This document shows, piece after piece, positions 1 to 10,488 of a DNA stretch of 64,000 nt (positions are counted from its first letter, which is position 1; each line of letters opens with the position of its first letter). Where the stretch lies: positions 196,087 to 260,086 of the forward strand of contig CAVPLU010000010.1 of the NCBI GenBank assembly GCA_963706285.1. The letters run 5' to 3'. The stretch comes from Candidatus Bathyarchaeota archaeon. Its GTDB lineage: Archaea > Thermoproteota > Bathyarchaeia > 40CM-2-53-6. Made by a program: the position numbers and the translations under genes. The notes under the pieces are model-generated. The model ran no database searches. It saw only the letters and a list, made by a program, of their open reading frames with translations, and had not been told where the DNA came from.

Positions 1-106
1 GCAGAATCACAAGTGAGATCATTATTGCCGTGCGATTGCGTCTTAAGAGACGGAATTCGTTGATCATTACCGCTAGAACATCGTTGACGTGACTCCGGAT
101 AGACAT
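1..106 (-). CDS. ABC-2 type permease, N-terminal part (runs off window edge)
   Basis: My translation: MSIRSHVNDVLAVMINEFRLLRRNRTAIMISLVIL, with GGTGGAGG upstream. It lies directly downstream of the ABC ATPase gene. Confidence 0.75.
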   Translation of the reverse strand, partial: MSIRSHVNDVLAVMINEFRLLRRNRTAIMISLVIL

Positions 107-148
107 CGCCCTCCACCTGCTTGATGAGTCGCAGCTCACCTGTTCAGT

Positions 149-1174
149 CTACTCTGTTCGGGCTTTCTCGAGAAAACGGTCGATCTCTTCTTCGCCGCCT
201 GTCAGCTTGATGAAAGCTTCCTCAAGAGTAGGTCCTTTCGTGTTTATCGATCTGATCTTCGCTCCCTGAGATAGAAGAATTCTCGTGACATCTTCCGCAA
301 GGGCGTGACCATGCATACATGTGATCCGCAGGATTGGGTCATTATATGAGATGTTGCACACATCTCCGATTTCCCTGACTTTCTCAACCTGTAACGCTGA
401 CAATCCCGGTGTTTCCACTTCCATGGTGGAGAGTTCGCTGACCTTGCGCTTCAGCTCATTCGGGGAGCCCACTTGGATGAGTCTCCCTGCGAAGACGATC
501 CCGACTCGATCGCAGATTTTCTCCGGTTCTGCCATGTAGTGTGTGGTCCAGATGACCGTGACGCCCTTCTTGCAGAGGTTTCTGGTGAAATCTTGAAGGG
601 CAGCCGCGGATTGCGGGTCCAGGCCAGAAGTCACTTCGTCCAAGAATAGGATCTTCGGGTCGTGAAGGAGAGCTGCACAAATCAATGCTTTCTTAGTCCA
701 GCCTGACGAAAGGGCTCCTACCGTTCGTTTTGCTTTGTCTTCGAACCTAAACATCTCAAGCAAATGCGCTATCCTGTTTTCAGCTTGTCCATTCGGGAGA
801 TTGTACAGTCTGCCAAGAAACTTCAGGTTCTCTTCTATCGTGAGCTCCTTGTAGAGCATGACACCTTCCGAAACAACGCCGATTTCGCGTCTGACTTTTG
901 CCGCTTCGCGCAGGAGGTCGTGACCCGCTACCGTCGCCGTGCCGCTTGTCGGTTCGATCAGGGTGCAGAGCATGCGCACAGTTGTGGTCTTCCCAGCGCC
1001 GTTTGGACCAAGTAATCCAAACAATTCGCCTTGTTTGACATCTAGGTTCAAGCCGTCTACAGCCGTGAATTTTCCAAAGACCTTTGTCAGCCCTCTTGTC
1101 GTAATCACGTATTCCGACGTGCGAGCTACCTCCTGTTCCATTCTGTTGAGTTGCAGCGTTAGACCTCTGCACAT
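149..1174 (-). CDS. ABC transporter ATP-binding protein (DrrA/NodI-like)
   Basis: Walker A GPNGAGKTT, signature LSSGW, Walker B ILFLDE, H-loop TTHY. True start is probably MEQEV near 1141. Confidence 0.93.
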   Translation of the reverse strand: MCRGLTLQLNRMEQEVARTSEYVITTRGLTKVFGKFTAVDGLNLDVKQGELFGLLGPNGAGKTTTVRMLCTLIEPTSGTATVAGHDLLREAAKVRREIGVVSEGVMLYKELTIEENLKFLGRLYNLPNGQAENRIAHLLEMFRFEDKAKRTVGALSSGWTKKALICAALLHDPKILFLDEVTSGLDPQSAAALQDFTRNLCKKGVTVIWTTHYMAEPEKICDRVGIVFAGRLIQVGSPNELKRKVSELSTMEVETPGLSALQVEKVREIGDVCNISYNDPILRITCMHGHALAEDVTRILLSQGAKIRSINTKGPTLEEAFIKLTGGEEEIDRFLEKARTE

Positions 1175-1217
1175 TGTCTAATAAGTGAAGTCACTGTTAA
1201 ACGGAGTTTATTGGATT

Positions 1218-2102
1218 CTAGTGTTCGTGAGCTGCCTTCGGGTAGTTTTCATCTTCTATTTGGATCGTTGTATGGTCAATCCCGAACTCCTTGTTTAGGA
1301 TATCAATGAGTTTCGTTACCAATTCTCTTCCGTTCGTTTCGTCTTCCACGACCACGTGACTACTCATGCAGCAGGTGTTGGTGTCAGCAATAGACCACAC
1401 ATGGAGGTCGTGGAGATTCTTGACTCCCTTCATTCCACGTATCCTGCGCTCCACCGCAGATAGATCGATGTTACCTGGGACTCCTTCGAGGAGAACATTC
1501 ACAGAGTCGCGAACTATCTTTCCGGAGCTGTAGAAGACTAGCACGCCTATCATGATGCTGGCTATAGGGTCCGCTTGGTACCAGCCTGTGAAGAACATGA
1601 CAAGTCCAGCCGATATTGCTCCTACGGAGCCGAGAGCATCGGCGACCACGTGTAGGAAGGCGCCTTTGAGATTCAAGCTATGATTTCTGGATCGTGAGAG
1701 GACTGCGGCAACAAGCCCGTTCGATACTAGCCCAAAAACTGCTATAACAAGCATGTTTAGGCTTTGCACGTTCGCGGGTTGCTGGATGCGTTGAATGGCC
1801 TCGTAGAACACGAAGATAACAACGGCCCACAGCAGAATTCCATTCAGGAAGGCTGACAAGATCTCAACGCGATAGTATCCATAGGTTTTCTTCAAGCTGA
1901 CAGGTCGCTGTGAAAGCCAAACGGCGACCAACGCGTATGCTAGAGAGACAACATCGGTCAGCATGTGGAATGCGTCAGTCTGCAGAGCTAGACTGTTTGT
2001 GAGGATTCCTCCGACCAATTCGACAACAAAGAAAGCCGCTGTGATGCCCATTGCCACTGACAAGACTCTAGTGGTGGAGGAAAGGGAATGCATGTGCAGC
2101 AT
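1218..2102 (-). CDS. czcD: Cation diffusion facilitator (Zn/Co/Cd exporter, CzcD-like)
   Basis: SLALQTDAFHMLTD, TYGYYRVEIL, HVVADALGS, HDLHVWSI and HTTIQIE motifs. Confidence 0.92.
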   Translation of the reverse strand: MLHMHSLSSTTRVLSVAMGITAAFFVVELVGGILTNSLALQTDAFHMLTDVVSLAYALVAVWLSQRPVSLKKTYGYYRVEILSAFLNGILLWAVVIFVFYEAIQRIQQPANVQSLNMLVIAVFGLVSNGLVAAVLSRSRNHSLNLKGAFLHVVADALGSVGAISAGLVMFFTGWYQADPIASIMIGVLVFYSSGKIVRDSVNVLLEGVPGNIDLSAVERRIRGMKGVKNLHDLHVWSIADTNTCCMSSHVVVEDETNGRELVTKLIDILNKEFGIDHTTIQIEDENYPKAAHEH

Positions 2103-2183
2103 GGACCTTGGTTGGAATGGATAAACGACCGGGAATTGTTGTCAAGCTCTTATACCTTGACGTTGTCACGGATAAAGTTGTCA

Positions 2184-3020
2184 ATGGGTGCACGGATCAA
2201 ACTAGGAAGCTTGATGCAGATGACCAATGGCAAAACTGCGAAGCCGTTCTTCGACATGGGCTCACTACGAATCTACAATACAGACATCCTGCAGATCGAT
2301 GCGATTGAAGAGGAAAGCATAGATCTGATTGTGACCTCCCCGCCCTATGATATCGACGTGAAGTATCAGAACTATGACGACAATCTGCCGTATGATCAAT
2401 ACTTGGATTTCACCAAGAATTGGTTGTCGAGAGTTCGCAATCTGGCGAGACCCGATGGACGTTTGTGTCTGAACATTCCACTGGACAAGAACAAAGGTGG
2501 TCAACAGAGCGTCTGCGCCGACATCACAACCATTGCCAAGGAGGTCGGATGGAAGTATCACTCAACGGTCATCTGGAATGAACAAAACATCTCTAGGCGT
2601 ACGGCATGGGGATCATGGATGAGCGCTTCCGCACCGTATGTGATCACTCCGGTTGAGACAATACTGGTCATGTACAAGACCAGATGGGAGAAGATACAAA
2701 AAGGAAAATCGGGCATCACTCGAGATGAGTTTATCCAATGGACATAACGCGAGATGAGTTATTCAATGGACAACGGTGTCTGGAACTTCAGCGGCGAGAG
2801 CAAGACTAAGATCGGGCATCCAGCACCGTTCCCGATCGAACTCCCGAAACGGTGCATCAAACTGTTCAGCTTCCAAGGAGAAACCGTGTTGGACCCATTC
2901 CTTGGTAGCGGAACCACGCTGATCGCCTGCCTTCAGACAAACAGAATTGGGATAGGCGTTGAAATCAACAGAGAGTACTGTCAACTAGCAGTAGAGAGGT
3001 TGAAGCAACAAAGAACATGA
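2184..3020 (+). pseudogene. Orphan site-specific DNA methyltransferase (beta class, N4-C/N6-A), split by a stop inside a short duplication
   Basis: VTSPPY catalytic motif in the first ORF; HPAPFP and DPFLGSGTT SAM-binding motif in the second ORF (2754-3020). The break may be an artefact. Confidence 0.85.
2721..2772 (+). repeat. Imperfect ~24-bp tandem duplication inside the methyltransferase gene
   Basis: CGAGATGAGTTTATCCAATGGACA (2721-2744) and CGAGATGAGTTATTCAATGGACA (2750-2772). Confidence 0.85.
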
Positions 3021-3153
3021 CCGATCTTCACGAGGGCTGCCATTATGTGTGAGGTTGGGCTGATGCAACACGTTGCCAGCAGGGATGGGCGAAGGTGCGA
3101 CCTCACCAAAGCTTAAGTGTGAATGAATCAAGGGCGTTGTGAGTCGATAACAG

Positions 3154-3567
3154 TTGGGTTTCTTGGGGAACAGTGCGCCCGACGCGGCTGATCTCAATCT
3201 GATTCTCCAGCTAAGCATACTTTTTCTCTTATTGACTGGGGCACTACTCGCGAAGGTCTCGTTACTCAAGGCTCATGGTTGGTTTATGATCTCGCTGATC
3301 GCTTTTCAGTTTGGCGCGGTTTTCATCTGGATGTTGCCGTCCTTCCTTCGTAATCTTGGAGCATTAGGCTCAAGCGGAATTGGAACGGGAGTCACTCTAG
3401 TGCATGTTTTCGCGGGAAGCTTCGCATTCGCTGCAACGATCAGCGCTGCCGCTCATTGGACGGAAAGTCAGCTTAAGATGACTATGAGGTTAGCTCTTTC
3501 GGCATGGTTCTTGGTGGCAATTCTTGGAATCGCGTTCTATGCACACTTCTACCTCGGACTCTTCTGA
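3154..3567 (+). CDS. Four-TM membrane protein (DUF420 / cytochrome b561-like)
   Basis: Four hydrophobic segments with His residues in helices (KAHGWFM, LVHVFAG). Confidence 0.65.
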   Translation: MGFLGNSAPDAADLNLILQLSILFLLLTGALLAKVSLLKAHGWFMISLIAFQFGAVFIWMLPSFLRNLGALGSSGIGTGVTLVHVFAGSFAFAATISAAAHWTESQLKMTMRLALSAWFLVAILGIAFYAHFYLGLF

Positions 3568-3676
3568 ATGTTGATGCGTCGCTATTCTTCAAGATCTGCG
3601 AGGGCTTCGTGACTCGACGAGAAGCAAGACGGTCATGGAGTTCAGGTCATCATCATAGATGTCGCGTTGGAAACTG

Positions 3677-4123
3677 TCAGGTCTTGGTAATGATGGAACG
3701 TCCCTTCATTGTCATCCATATCACCACGATTTCCAACACTAGAATGACGTCGATTAGTGCTCCGGGAATCCCTGTAAGGTTTGGCGGATTGTTCGCGAAC
3801 GGGTTGAATAGGTAGTCGGCGAACTGAGCGGACGTCAACCCGAATGAAGGACCGAGTGCGACGTCACCTATCTGAATGACAATGCGAAGCAGACACCAAA
3901 CCCCTACCAAAGTGAAGCCTACCTTGGAGGGTCTCGCAAACACAAACACACAGAGGCCAAAATCTACAATCACAAAAACGATCAGACCATAAGCATGCAA
4001 GGGGGCGATCTGCCAAAGCAGATGATCAGCTCCCAGAATCAGGACTCCCAGCAATCCGATTACTGCAAGCAGCCCGCCTGTAACTTTTTGAAAAGCAGCC
4101 GATCTCATCGCAGACACCAACAA
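3677..4123 (-). CDS. Hypothetical membrane protein
   Basis: 148-aa ORF with about four TM segments. Confidence 0.7.
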   Translation of the reverse strand: MLVSAMRSAAFQKVTGGLLAVIGLLGVLILGADHLLWQIAPLHAYGLIVFVIVDFGLCVFVFARPSKVGFTLVGVWCLLRIVIQIGDVALGPSFGLTSAQFADYLFNPFANNPPNLTGIPGALIDVILVLEIVVIWMTMKGRSIITKT

Positions 4124-4243
4124 TTCCTAGCTTCCTTTCGAGAATTAAGTATTCCTAGTTGAAGTGTGCGGAGCCTCTCTTCCAATTCAAAGACTAACCG
4201 GTTAATCGAAGAGTGTTTTTCCGAGTACTTCTATCCGCAAATC

Positions 4244-5522
4244 TCAGAGAGAAAGGGCACCAACCTCACAGATCGCCTTTCTCAGAAGCGTAACTCCAAC
4301 GACAACCCAAGCAACTATAATGACTGTTAGTACCGCGCCAGAGATGTCAGACTGCAACATGCCAAATGAGGCTGCAACCAAAAACAAGTGTAGCTGAGTC
4401 GTATGTTCGATCTATGAGTTGTTGAGGCATCACAAGAAAGAACATTTCCAAAGGCTTACTGTGAAAGATAGCAAACACTAGTGGAAGCAGCCATGTCGCA
4501 GTAACCCATTTCCTAGACCAACCTTGACTGATTGAAGCTAGGAGTACAAGAGGCAACACGAAGTTCAGGTTTTGTTCAGAAACCCACGATCTAGACAGTG
4601 AAAGCCCCAACATTATGGCAAGAGCCGAAAGCACGAGATCCGATGATTTGACGCCACGTTTTCTCATGAGTAAGTAATAGATCAAAGCCAGAATAGGAAG
4701 CCAAACGTAACCCAAGAGGCTGAACTCATTCGTGGAACTGCTGACCCCGAAAAGAGCCAAGAGATACATTGGAGAGAAGGCTCCGACGCGGACGAATTGC
4801 ACATTCCAATTGTCAACGATAGGAGTGATGCTCCAACCGAACAAGAACGGAGCAAACGATACTCCAACAATTCCCACTGCACACGCGAAGTATAGGAACG
4901 CACGTTTCCAACCTGCACGCTTTCTCACATAGTAGACCAGAAGGGGAAGCATAACGATCGGAATCAGTTTAAGCGCGATAGCCCCGCCCAGAGCCGCAGC
5001 TGAAAGCCCATGTTTCCCTTGTGTCAGCTCAAAGATGGCGAACAGCATCAGAAACATACTCAGAGTGTCGAATTGTCCCCAGATTGACGTGGTGTAGATC
5101 ACGAACGGGTTGAACAGCATAAGCCTAATCGCGTTCTTTGATAATGCGGCGTTTGAAGTTTCAGACCGAACAATTCTCCCTACGAGTAGTGCAAGGAGTA
5201 TGTTCCCAAGGATAATTGGCACTTTGATGGCAAGGTTGTAGAGGATTACACTTGGGAACAGGTTGTAGCTCAGAAGATATGCCAGCCCCAGCACCAAGCC
5301 CCAGGGCGGAGGATATCCAATCCCCGGGTATGCCTCCGGAAAAAGGGTGTGTCCGAATACAGCGGAAACGTCCGTGGGAGTGTAGGGTGAGTTTCCGTGA
5401 GCTACAGAATACCCGACCGTAAAGAACACGCGTCCATCGTACCAATGAGCTGTGAAAGCTCCAAGTGCCAGCTGGATCCCGACACTTAGAAGGATCGAAT
5501 AGCGGATTCTCGATAAATTCAC
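4244..5522 (-). CDS. GT-C fold membrane glycosyltransferase (GT87 / DUF2029-like), frameshift near the C-terminus
   Basis: YPPPW, FNPFVI..SIWGQFD and AIALKLIP motifs in a polytopic protein. A last TM helix continues in another frame to a stop at 4244. Confidence 0.8.
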
Positions 5523-5550
5523 CCGTTATGCCTGCCAATTCTTGATCTCG

Positions 5551-6927
5551 CTATTTCAGACTCCTGAATGCTAGATCGGTAAGTGCTTCGAAAGGTGTCC
5601 CGAACAATGTGTACGCCCACTTTCCACCATGTTTCCACACTCGATGTTGGACAGCTGCCTTGGCTATCGCGAACTTCAGCTTGAACTCCGAGAACTCTGC
5701 GTCATACAGCAGCGCATGGTCAATTAGTCTCCAAGACGAGTAGCGCCAATCCTGTTCACGAAGTCTGTCCTTGACTTTATCGTAGAGACCGGTTCCGGGG
5801 ATCGGATATGGAAGACTGAACGAAGCATAGTCAAGAGGAAGCTTTGTGGCAAACTTGATCGTCCGCAGTATCGTTGAGTTGGTCTCTCCAGGATAACCGA
5901 TGATAAAGAATCCCGCAGCTTTCAAATCGGCCTTCCTAGCTGCCTCAACGGCTTTCCGTGCTTGATCAACATCGATACGCTTCTTCATTTGTCTGAGAAT
6001 TCCATCGTCACCAGACTCGATTCCGAAGAACACTCGTTCGCATCCAGCCTCTTTCATCTCCTTCGCCATCTCGAAGCTGAAGCCATCTACCCGTGAGAGG
6101 CACTCCCACTTCAATTCAAGACTTCTATCCTTGACTCCTCGACAAATCTGTAGAACTCTGCTAGGAATTAGTGTGAAACAATCGTCCGAGAACCAAACGG
6201 AGTCATATCCGAGTCCAGCTATTTGCTCCAGCTCATCGACCACATTCCTAGCGGATCTAGCTCTGAATTGGTTTGAGAAGATTGGCCTGCTGCAGAAGTC
6301 ACATTCAAAAGGGCATCCTCGAGTTGTGATAATTGAAGTCTCTTTGCGGTCGAAACGGTCCCTATAGTACTCCATGTAGTCGTCGTTGTCAAATAGATCC
6401 CTTGCAGGGAATGGGATAGAATCAATGTCGCGAATCGGAGGGCGAGCAGGCGTTCGAATATTCGACTCGTCCGTAGTGTTCGACTCAAGACTTGTTCTAA
6501 TGCAGATTCCCTTGATGTTCGTCAGTTTCCCCTGCTTCAAATGTGCCTCTGCTAGTTCCAGCATCGTCTCTTCTCCTTCTCCGATACAGACAACATCAAA
6601 CGCTTTCAGGTAGTCTTCCGGGAAGATTGAGGGAAGCGGGCCGCCAGCAACAAGCAGATCGCAGTCCTTTCTCAACAGTCTAGCTAGGCGAAGGGCGGAT
6701 GTACTCATTGAGAACATCGAGTAGATTCCAATGATAGACGGGTGCAAACCCCTAACCGTTTGAACAGCAGAATCTTCTGATCTGAATGTGCAGTCGACGA
6801 GCTTCACTGACAATCCATGATTCCTAAGTTGTGACGCGATGTACCCAAGTCCTAGAGGAGGGAACCTGAACGGCGATCTATCTCTTGATGATCGAAAGTA
6901 CGGATAGATGAGAACCACGTCAGTCAA
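5551..6927 (-). CDS. Cobalamin-binding radical SAM protein
   Basis: N-terminal B12-binding domain (PPLGLGYIA, GGPLPS, GEGE), CxxxCxxC in TRGCPFECDFC, GIESG and GYPGET. Confidence 0.93.
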   Translation of the reverse strand: MTDVVLIYPYFRSSRDRSPFRFPPLGLGYIASQLRNHGLSVKLVDCTFRSEDSAVQTVRGLHPSIIGIYSMFSMSTSALRLARLLRKDCDLLVAGGPLPSIFPEDYLKAFDVVCIGEGEETMLELAEAHLKQGKLTNIKGICIRTSLESNTTDESNIRTPARPPIRDIDSIPFPARDLFDNDDYMEYYRDRFDRKETSIITTRGCPFECDFCSRPIFSNQFRARSARNVVDELEQIAGLGYDSVWFSDDCFTLIPSRVLQICRGVKDRSLELKWECLSRVDGFSFEMAKEMKEAGCERVFFGIESGDDGILRQMKKRIDVDQARKAVEAARKADLKAAGFFIIGYPGETNSTILRTIKFATKLPLDYASFSLPYPIPGTGLYDKVKDRLREQDWRYSSWRLIDHALLYDAEFSEFKLKFAIAKAAVQHRVWKHGGKWAYTLFGTPFEALTDLAFRSLK

Positions 6928-7838
6928 TGCGAAGCGTCTCCGGAAATCTCGACTGAATATTCCAGCGCCTGAGGAAGTCCCTCACAGTATAAGTCTAGCC
7001 CAGACCAAGAAATGCGATTTCTGACTACCTCTCTTCCTCTTACTATGAGCCAAGGGCTCGGCCGACGTAGCGTGAATTCTACGCCTGACGCTTGAGAAAG
7101 TAGGCTCGCCCATTCCGCTTGTGTGACTCGCCAAGGTTCGATCTGGTCGTCATGAAGTCTGGTACCAGTTGAATCCTCGTACTCGTTGAACAGTATCCCA
7201 CCTTGTTCATTTGCAAAGACAATGCTCTGTAGACCTTGACAAGACAGTTCGTCAAGAGTGGCCTTGATCTCCAAACCCATACGGGTCCTGCGATACGAAA
7301 CGGCGATTCGTCCCTTCGAGCTAGACATCGAGTACTCGTTTCTCATCCCGAGCATGCTGAGAATGTCTAGCATGAGAGTTGCTTCGGTCTTGAACCTGGG
7401 CAACCCACGATAACCTTTCTCCAGAATCTTGAGGAAATGTGCGAGGTGGGTTCCGCGTCGTATCAGCATTTCACGGAATCTCTTTGAAGCCATCCCATTC
7501 ATGTCATAGATCTTGACTAATCTTGGATTCTCGTCGGAATCGTCGACAAAGGTGTCTGCACTAAGTGAGAAGCGCGTACCATCTTGATATCTGCACACCG
7601 GAACACCAATTCCTAGACCCTCTTCAACTAATTCCATCCCGTTACACACGACGATGGCCCCTTTCTGGAGTCTTGCTGTCTGATACGCGTGTGGCCGAGA
7701 GTCGGCGTAGAATCGGAGAGCAATTCTCCCGTCAAACACGAGATCGATCTTCTCGTCAAGCCGCAGCCGTCTCGTTCCACCCACTCTCCGAAGGACTTCT
7801 GGAATCCAGGGCGCCATTGGGGTTAAGAGACAATGCAA
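6924..7838 (-). CDS. Hypothetical protein, translationally coupled to the radical SAM gene
   Basis: 304-aa ORF whose stop overlaps the next start by 4 nt. Start position is uncertain. Confidence 0.75.
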   Translation of the reverse strand: MHCLLTPMAPWIPEVLRRVGGTRRLRLDEKIDLVFDGRIALRFYADSRPHAYQTARLQKGAIVVCNGMELVEEGLGIGVPVCRYQDGTRFSLSADTFVDDSDENPRLVKIYDMNGMASKRFREMLIRRGTHLAHFLKILEKGYRGLPRFKTEATLMLDILSMLGMRNEYSMSSSKGRIAVSYRRTRMGLEIKATLDELSCQGLQSIVFANEQGGILFNEYEDSTGTRLHDDQIEPWRVTQAEWASLLSQASGVEFTLRRPSPWLIVRGREVVRNRISWSGLDLYCEGLPQALEYSVEISGDASH

Positions 7839-7901
7839 GAGCCATAGTAGTAGGTACAGAAACTAATTCCGAGGATCGTTGAAAGCCATGGAGGTTTCAC
7901 G

Positions 7902-9003
7902 ATGGACAAAGCGCTAGAGGACAGGGTCGCGCGGCTGAAAGACGTAGGGAAGCAACGAGGTTTTTCTGGATTCATTATCGCCACCCCTCCTAACCTGCGA
8001 TACTTCACAGGCATATCTGTCCTGGCGATAGAAAGGTTCGCGGCAGTCATAATATCAATCGATTCAGAGCCCGTGATCGTGGTTCCTGAATTGGAAGAAG
8101 AGAAGGTCAAATCACTGTCTCCGTTCAAGAGCGTACTGAAGTATGACGACGCGGAGGGTCCCAAGGGTCTGTTAAAGTCTGTGTTGGAAGAGCTGGACCT
8201 AACCCGAGGCAAGTTGGGAGTTGAAGGCTTTTTTCCTTACCGATTCTCCCAGATGGTGAGTGATGCCGCACCGAAAGCACAACTGGAAGAAGCGTCAGAT
8301 ATTTTCATGGAATTCAGAATTATCAAGACCGCAGACGAGCTTGAGCTAATGCGGAAGGCAGGAGAAATCATTACCAAAGGCATCGATGCTGGCATCAATG
8401 CTACACGAGTCGGAGCAACGGAGCTTGAGATAAGCTTCGAGATAGAACGTAGAATAAGAGCAGTTGGGCGGCGATTCGGTGCCCTACTGCATCGTTCTTA
8501 GTGGTGGGAACGCGGCGTTTCCGCATGGTTCTTCTTCAAAGGTTGAAATCCGAAAAGGCGATGCGCTCGTAATGGATGTCAGCGCAACGTATGAAGGCTA
8601 CTTCGCGGATCTAACTAGGACAACGTTTGTCGGGAGCGCTTCCGCCAAACAACGCGAAATCTATGCTACAGTGCTTCAGGCTCAGGAGAATGCAATCGAG
8701 TCGGTAAGGCCAGGAATTCGCGCGGGTGAGATCGATAAAGCTGCCAGGAATGTCATCAAACAGGCAGGCTACGGGGGGCGTTTCATACATAGAACCGGGC
8801 ACGGGCTAGGTCTTGAAGTCCACGAAGACCCGAGCATAACGGAGAATTGCGCGACGATCCTGAAGTCCGGAATGACCTTTACTGTTGAACCGGGAATATA
8901 TCTGCCACAGGAGCTTGGTGTCAGGATAGAAGACAACATCGTAGTCACCGAGAAAGGGAAAGCAACGATTGCTGCCTGTGAAAAGAGTCTGACGATAGTC
9001 TAG
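7902..9003 (+). CDS. pepQ: Xaa-Pro dipeptidase / aminopeptidase P (M24B), frameshift near 8465
   Basis: Creatinase-like N-domain (NLRYFTG, RIIKT..E) followed by DLTRT, HRTGHGLGLEVHE, TVEPGIY and GVRIED. Confidence 0.9.
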
Positions 9004-9153
9004 TAGTTCAGTCACGGGCTGCCAGAAGACGCAATAGTCTTCGAGAATGCAACCTGGCGATGTGAAGGCAACTAAGAAAACACTCTGCGAGGTTAGAGCG
9101 AGGGTAATCGGCAACATTAAACGGATGGTTTACTCAAGTCGAAAGATTCGCAG

Positions 9154-10467
9154 ATGGTCTCGAGTTTGAGCGTACTTGAGCGTGCAAGGGCTGCCCGATC
9201 AGCAGCTCTGAAAATGGCCAACGTCAGTATTGAGATAAGGAACAAGGCCATACTAGCGATTTCTGAGGAGATAGACAGGCAGAAGGTGCAGATCGAGGAA
9301 GTTAACTCTAGAGATGTCAGCGATGCTTCAAAGAACGGCCTTCCAGTGCCCTTGATCAAAAGACTCAGGCTGGATGACTCAAAGATTGGTGATCTAAGGA
9401 AGGGCTTAGAGTTGCTGGCTGAACTCGAAGATCCTGTTGGAAAAACCCTCTATTCCTCTGAGATGGATCATGGACTTGAGCTCTACAAGGTAACTTGTCC
9501 GATAGGAGTCATTGGTGCCATTTTTGAATCCAGACCCGACGTACTGGTCCAGATAGCCACGCTTTGCATAAAGTCAGGCAACGCAGTCATCCTAAAGGGC
9601 GGAGCAGAAACCGCCAGAACCAACCTGTTCTTGACGGGACTGATACGAAAGACTATCGGATTGTTTGCGATTCCAGAAGACTCGGTTCAACTTATTGAAA
9701 CGAGAGATGATGTCTCGGAACTTCTGAAACTTGACGAGTACGTCGATCTACTAGTTCCCAGAGGCTCAAGCTCATTGGTCAAGCACGTCAAAGCAAATAG
9801 TAGAATCCCTGTCCTCGGTCATGCGGAGGGCATCTGCCACGAGTATGTTGATGCTGATGCGGACCTAGACATGGCAGTTGATATCTGCTATGATGCGAAG
9901 GTTCAGTATCCTGCCGTATGCAATGCCATGAATACCCTCCTCGTGCACAAGGATGTGGCTCTTGCATTTCTTCCGAGGATGAACGAAAGATACGGAGAAG
10001 CTCACGTGGAATTGAGAGGAGACGAAAGAACTAGGAAGATCCTTCCACATGCGAAGGAAGCCGGTGACAGAGATTGGTCCACCGAATACCTCGACCTGAT
10101 CCTTAACATACGGATTGTGGACTCACTTGAACAAGCCATAGCGCACATAAACCACTACAGCTCACATCATACAGATGGAATAGTAACAGAAAACGAGGAA
10201 ACCGCAAAGAAGTTCCTCAGCGAAGTTGACTCGTCAGTCGTTGTGCACAATGCATCCACAAGGTTCAGCGATGGTTACAGATTTGGTTTCGGTGCAGAGG
10301 TCGGAATCAGCACAGGAAAAATCCATGCCAGAGGACCGGTTGGCCTGGATGGACTCGTAACATACAAGTACATTGTAGCTGGAACAGGTCAAATCGTATC
10401 TTCCTACGTAGGAGAGAGCGCGAAACCTTTCACTCATAAAGCACTGAACAAGAGCTGGAGCGCCTGA
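9154..10467 (+). CDS. proA: Gamma-glutamyl phosphate reductase
   Basis: PIGVIGAIFESRP, CNAMNTLLVH, NASTRFSDG and GISTGKIHARGPVGL. Confidence 0.97.
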   Translation: MVSSLSVLERARAARSAALKMANVSIEIRNKAILAISEEIDRQKVQIEEVNSRDVSDASKNGLPVPLIKRLRLDDSKIGDLRKGLELLAELEDPVGKTLYSSEMDHGLELYKVTCPIGVIGAIFESRPDVLVQIATLCIKSGNAVILKGGAETARTNLFLTGLIRKTIGLFAIPEDSVQLIETRDDVSELLKLDEYVDLLVPRGSSSLVKHVKANSRIPVLGHAEGICHEYVDADADLDMAVDICYDAKVQYPAVCNAMNTLLVHKDVALAFLPRMNERYGEAHVELRGDERTRKILPHAKEAGDRDWSTEYLDLILNIRIVDSLEQAIAHINHYSSHHTDGIVTENEETAKKFLSEVDSSVVVHNASTRFSDGYRFGFGAEVGISTGKIHARGPVGLDGLVTYKYIVAGTGQIVSSYVGESAKPFTHKALNKSWSA

Positions 10468-10488
10468 CATAGCTCCGAGTGCGATCAC

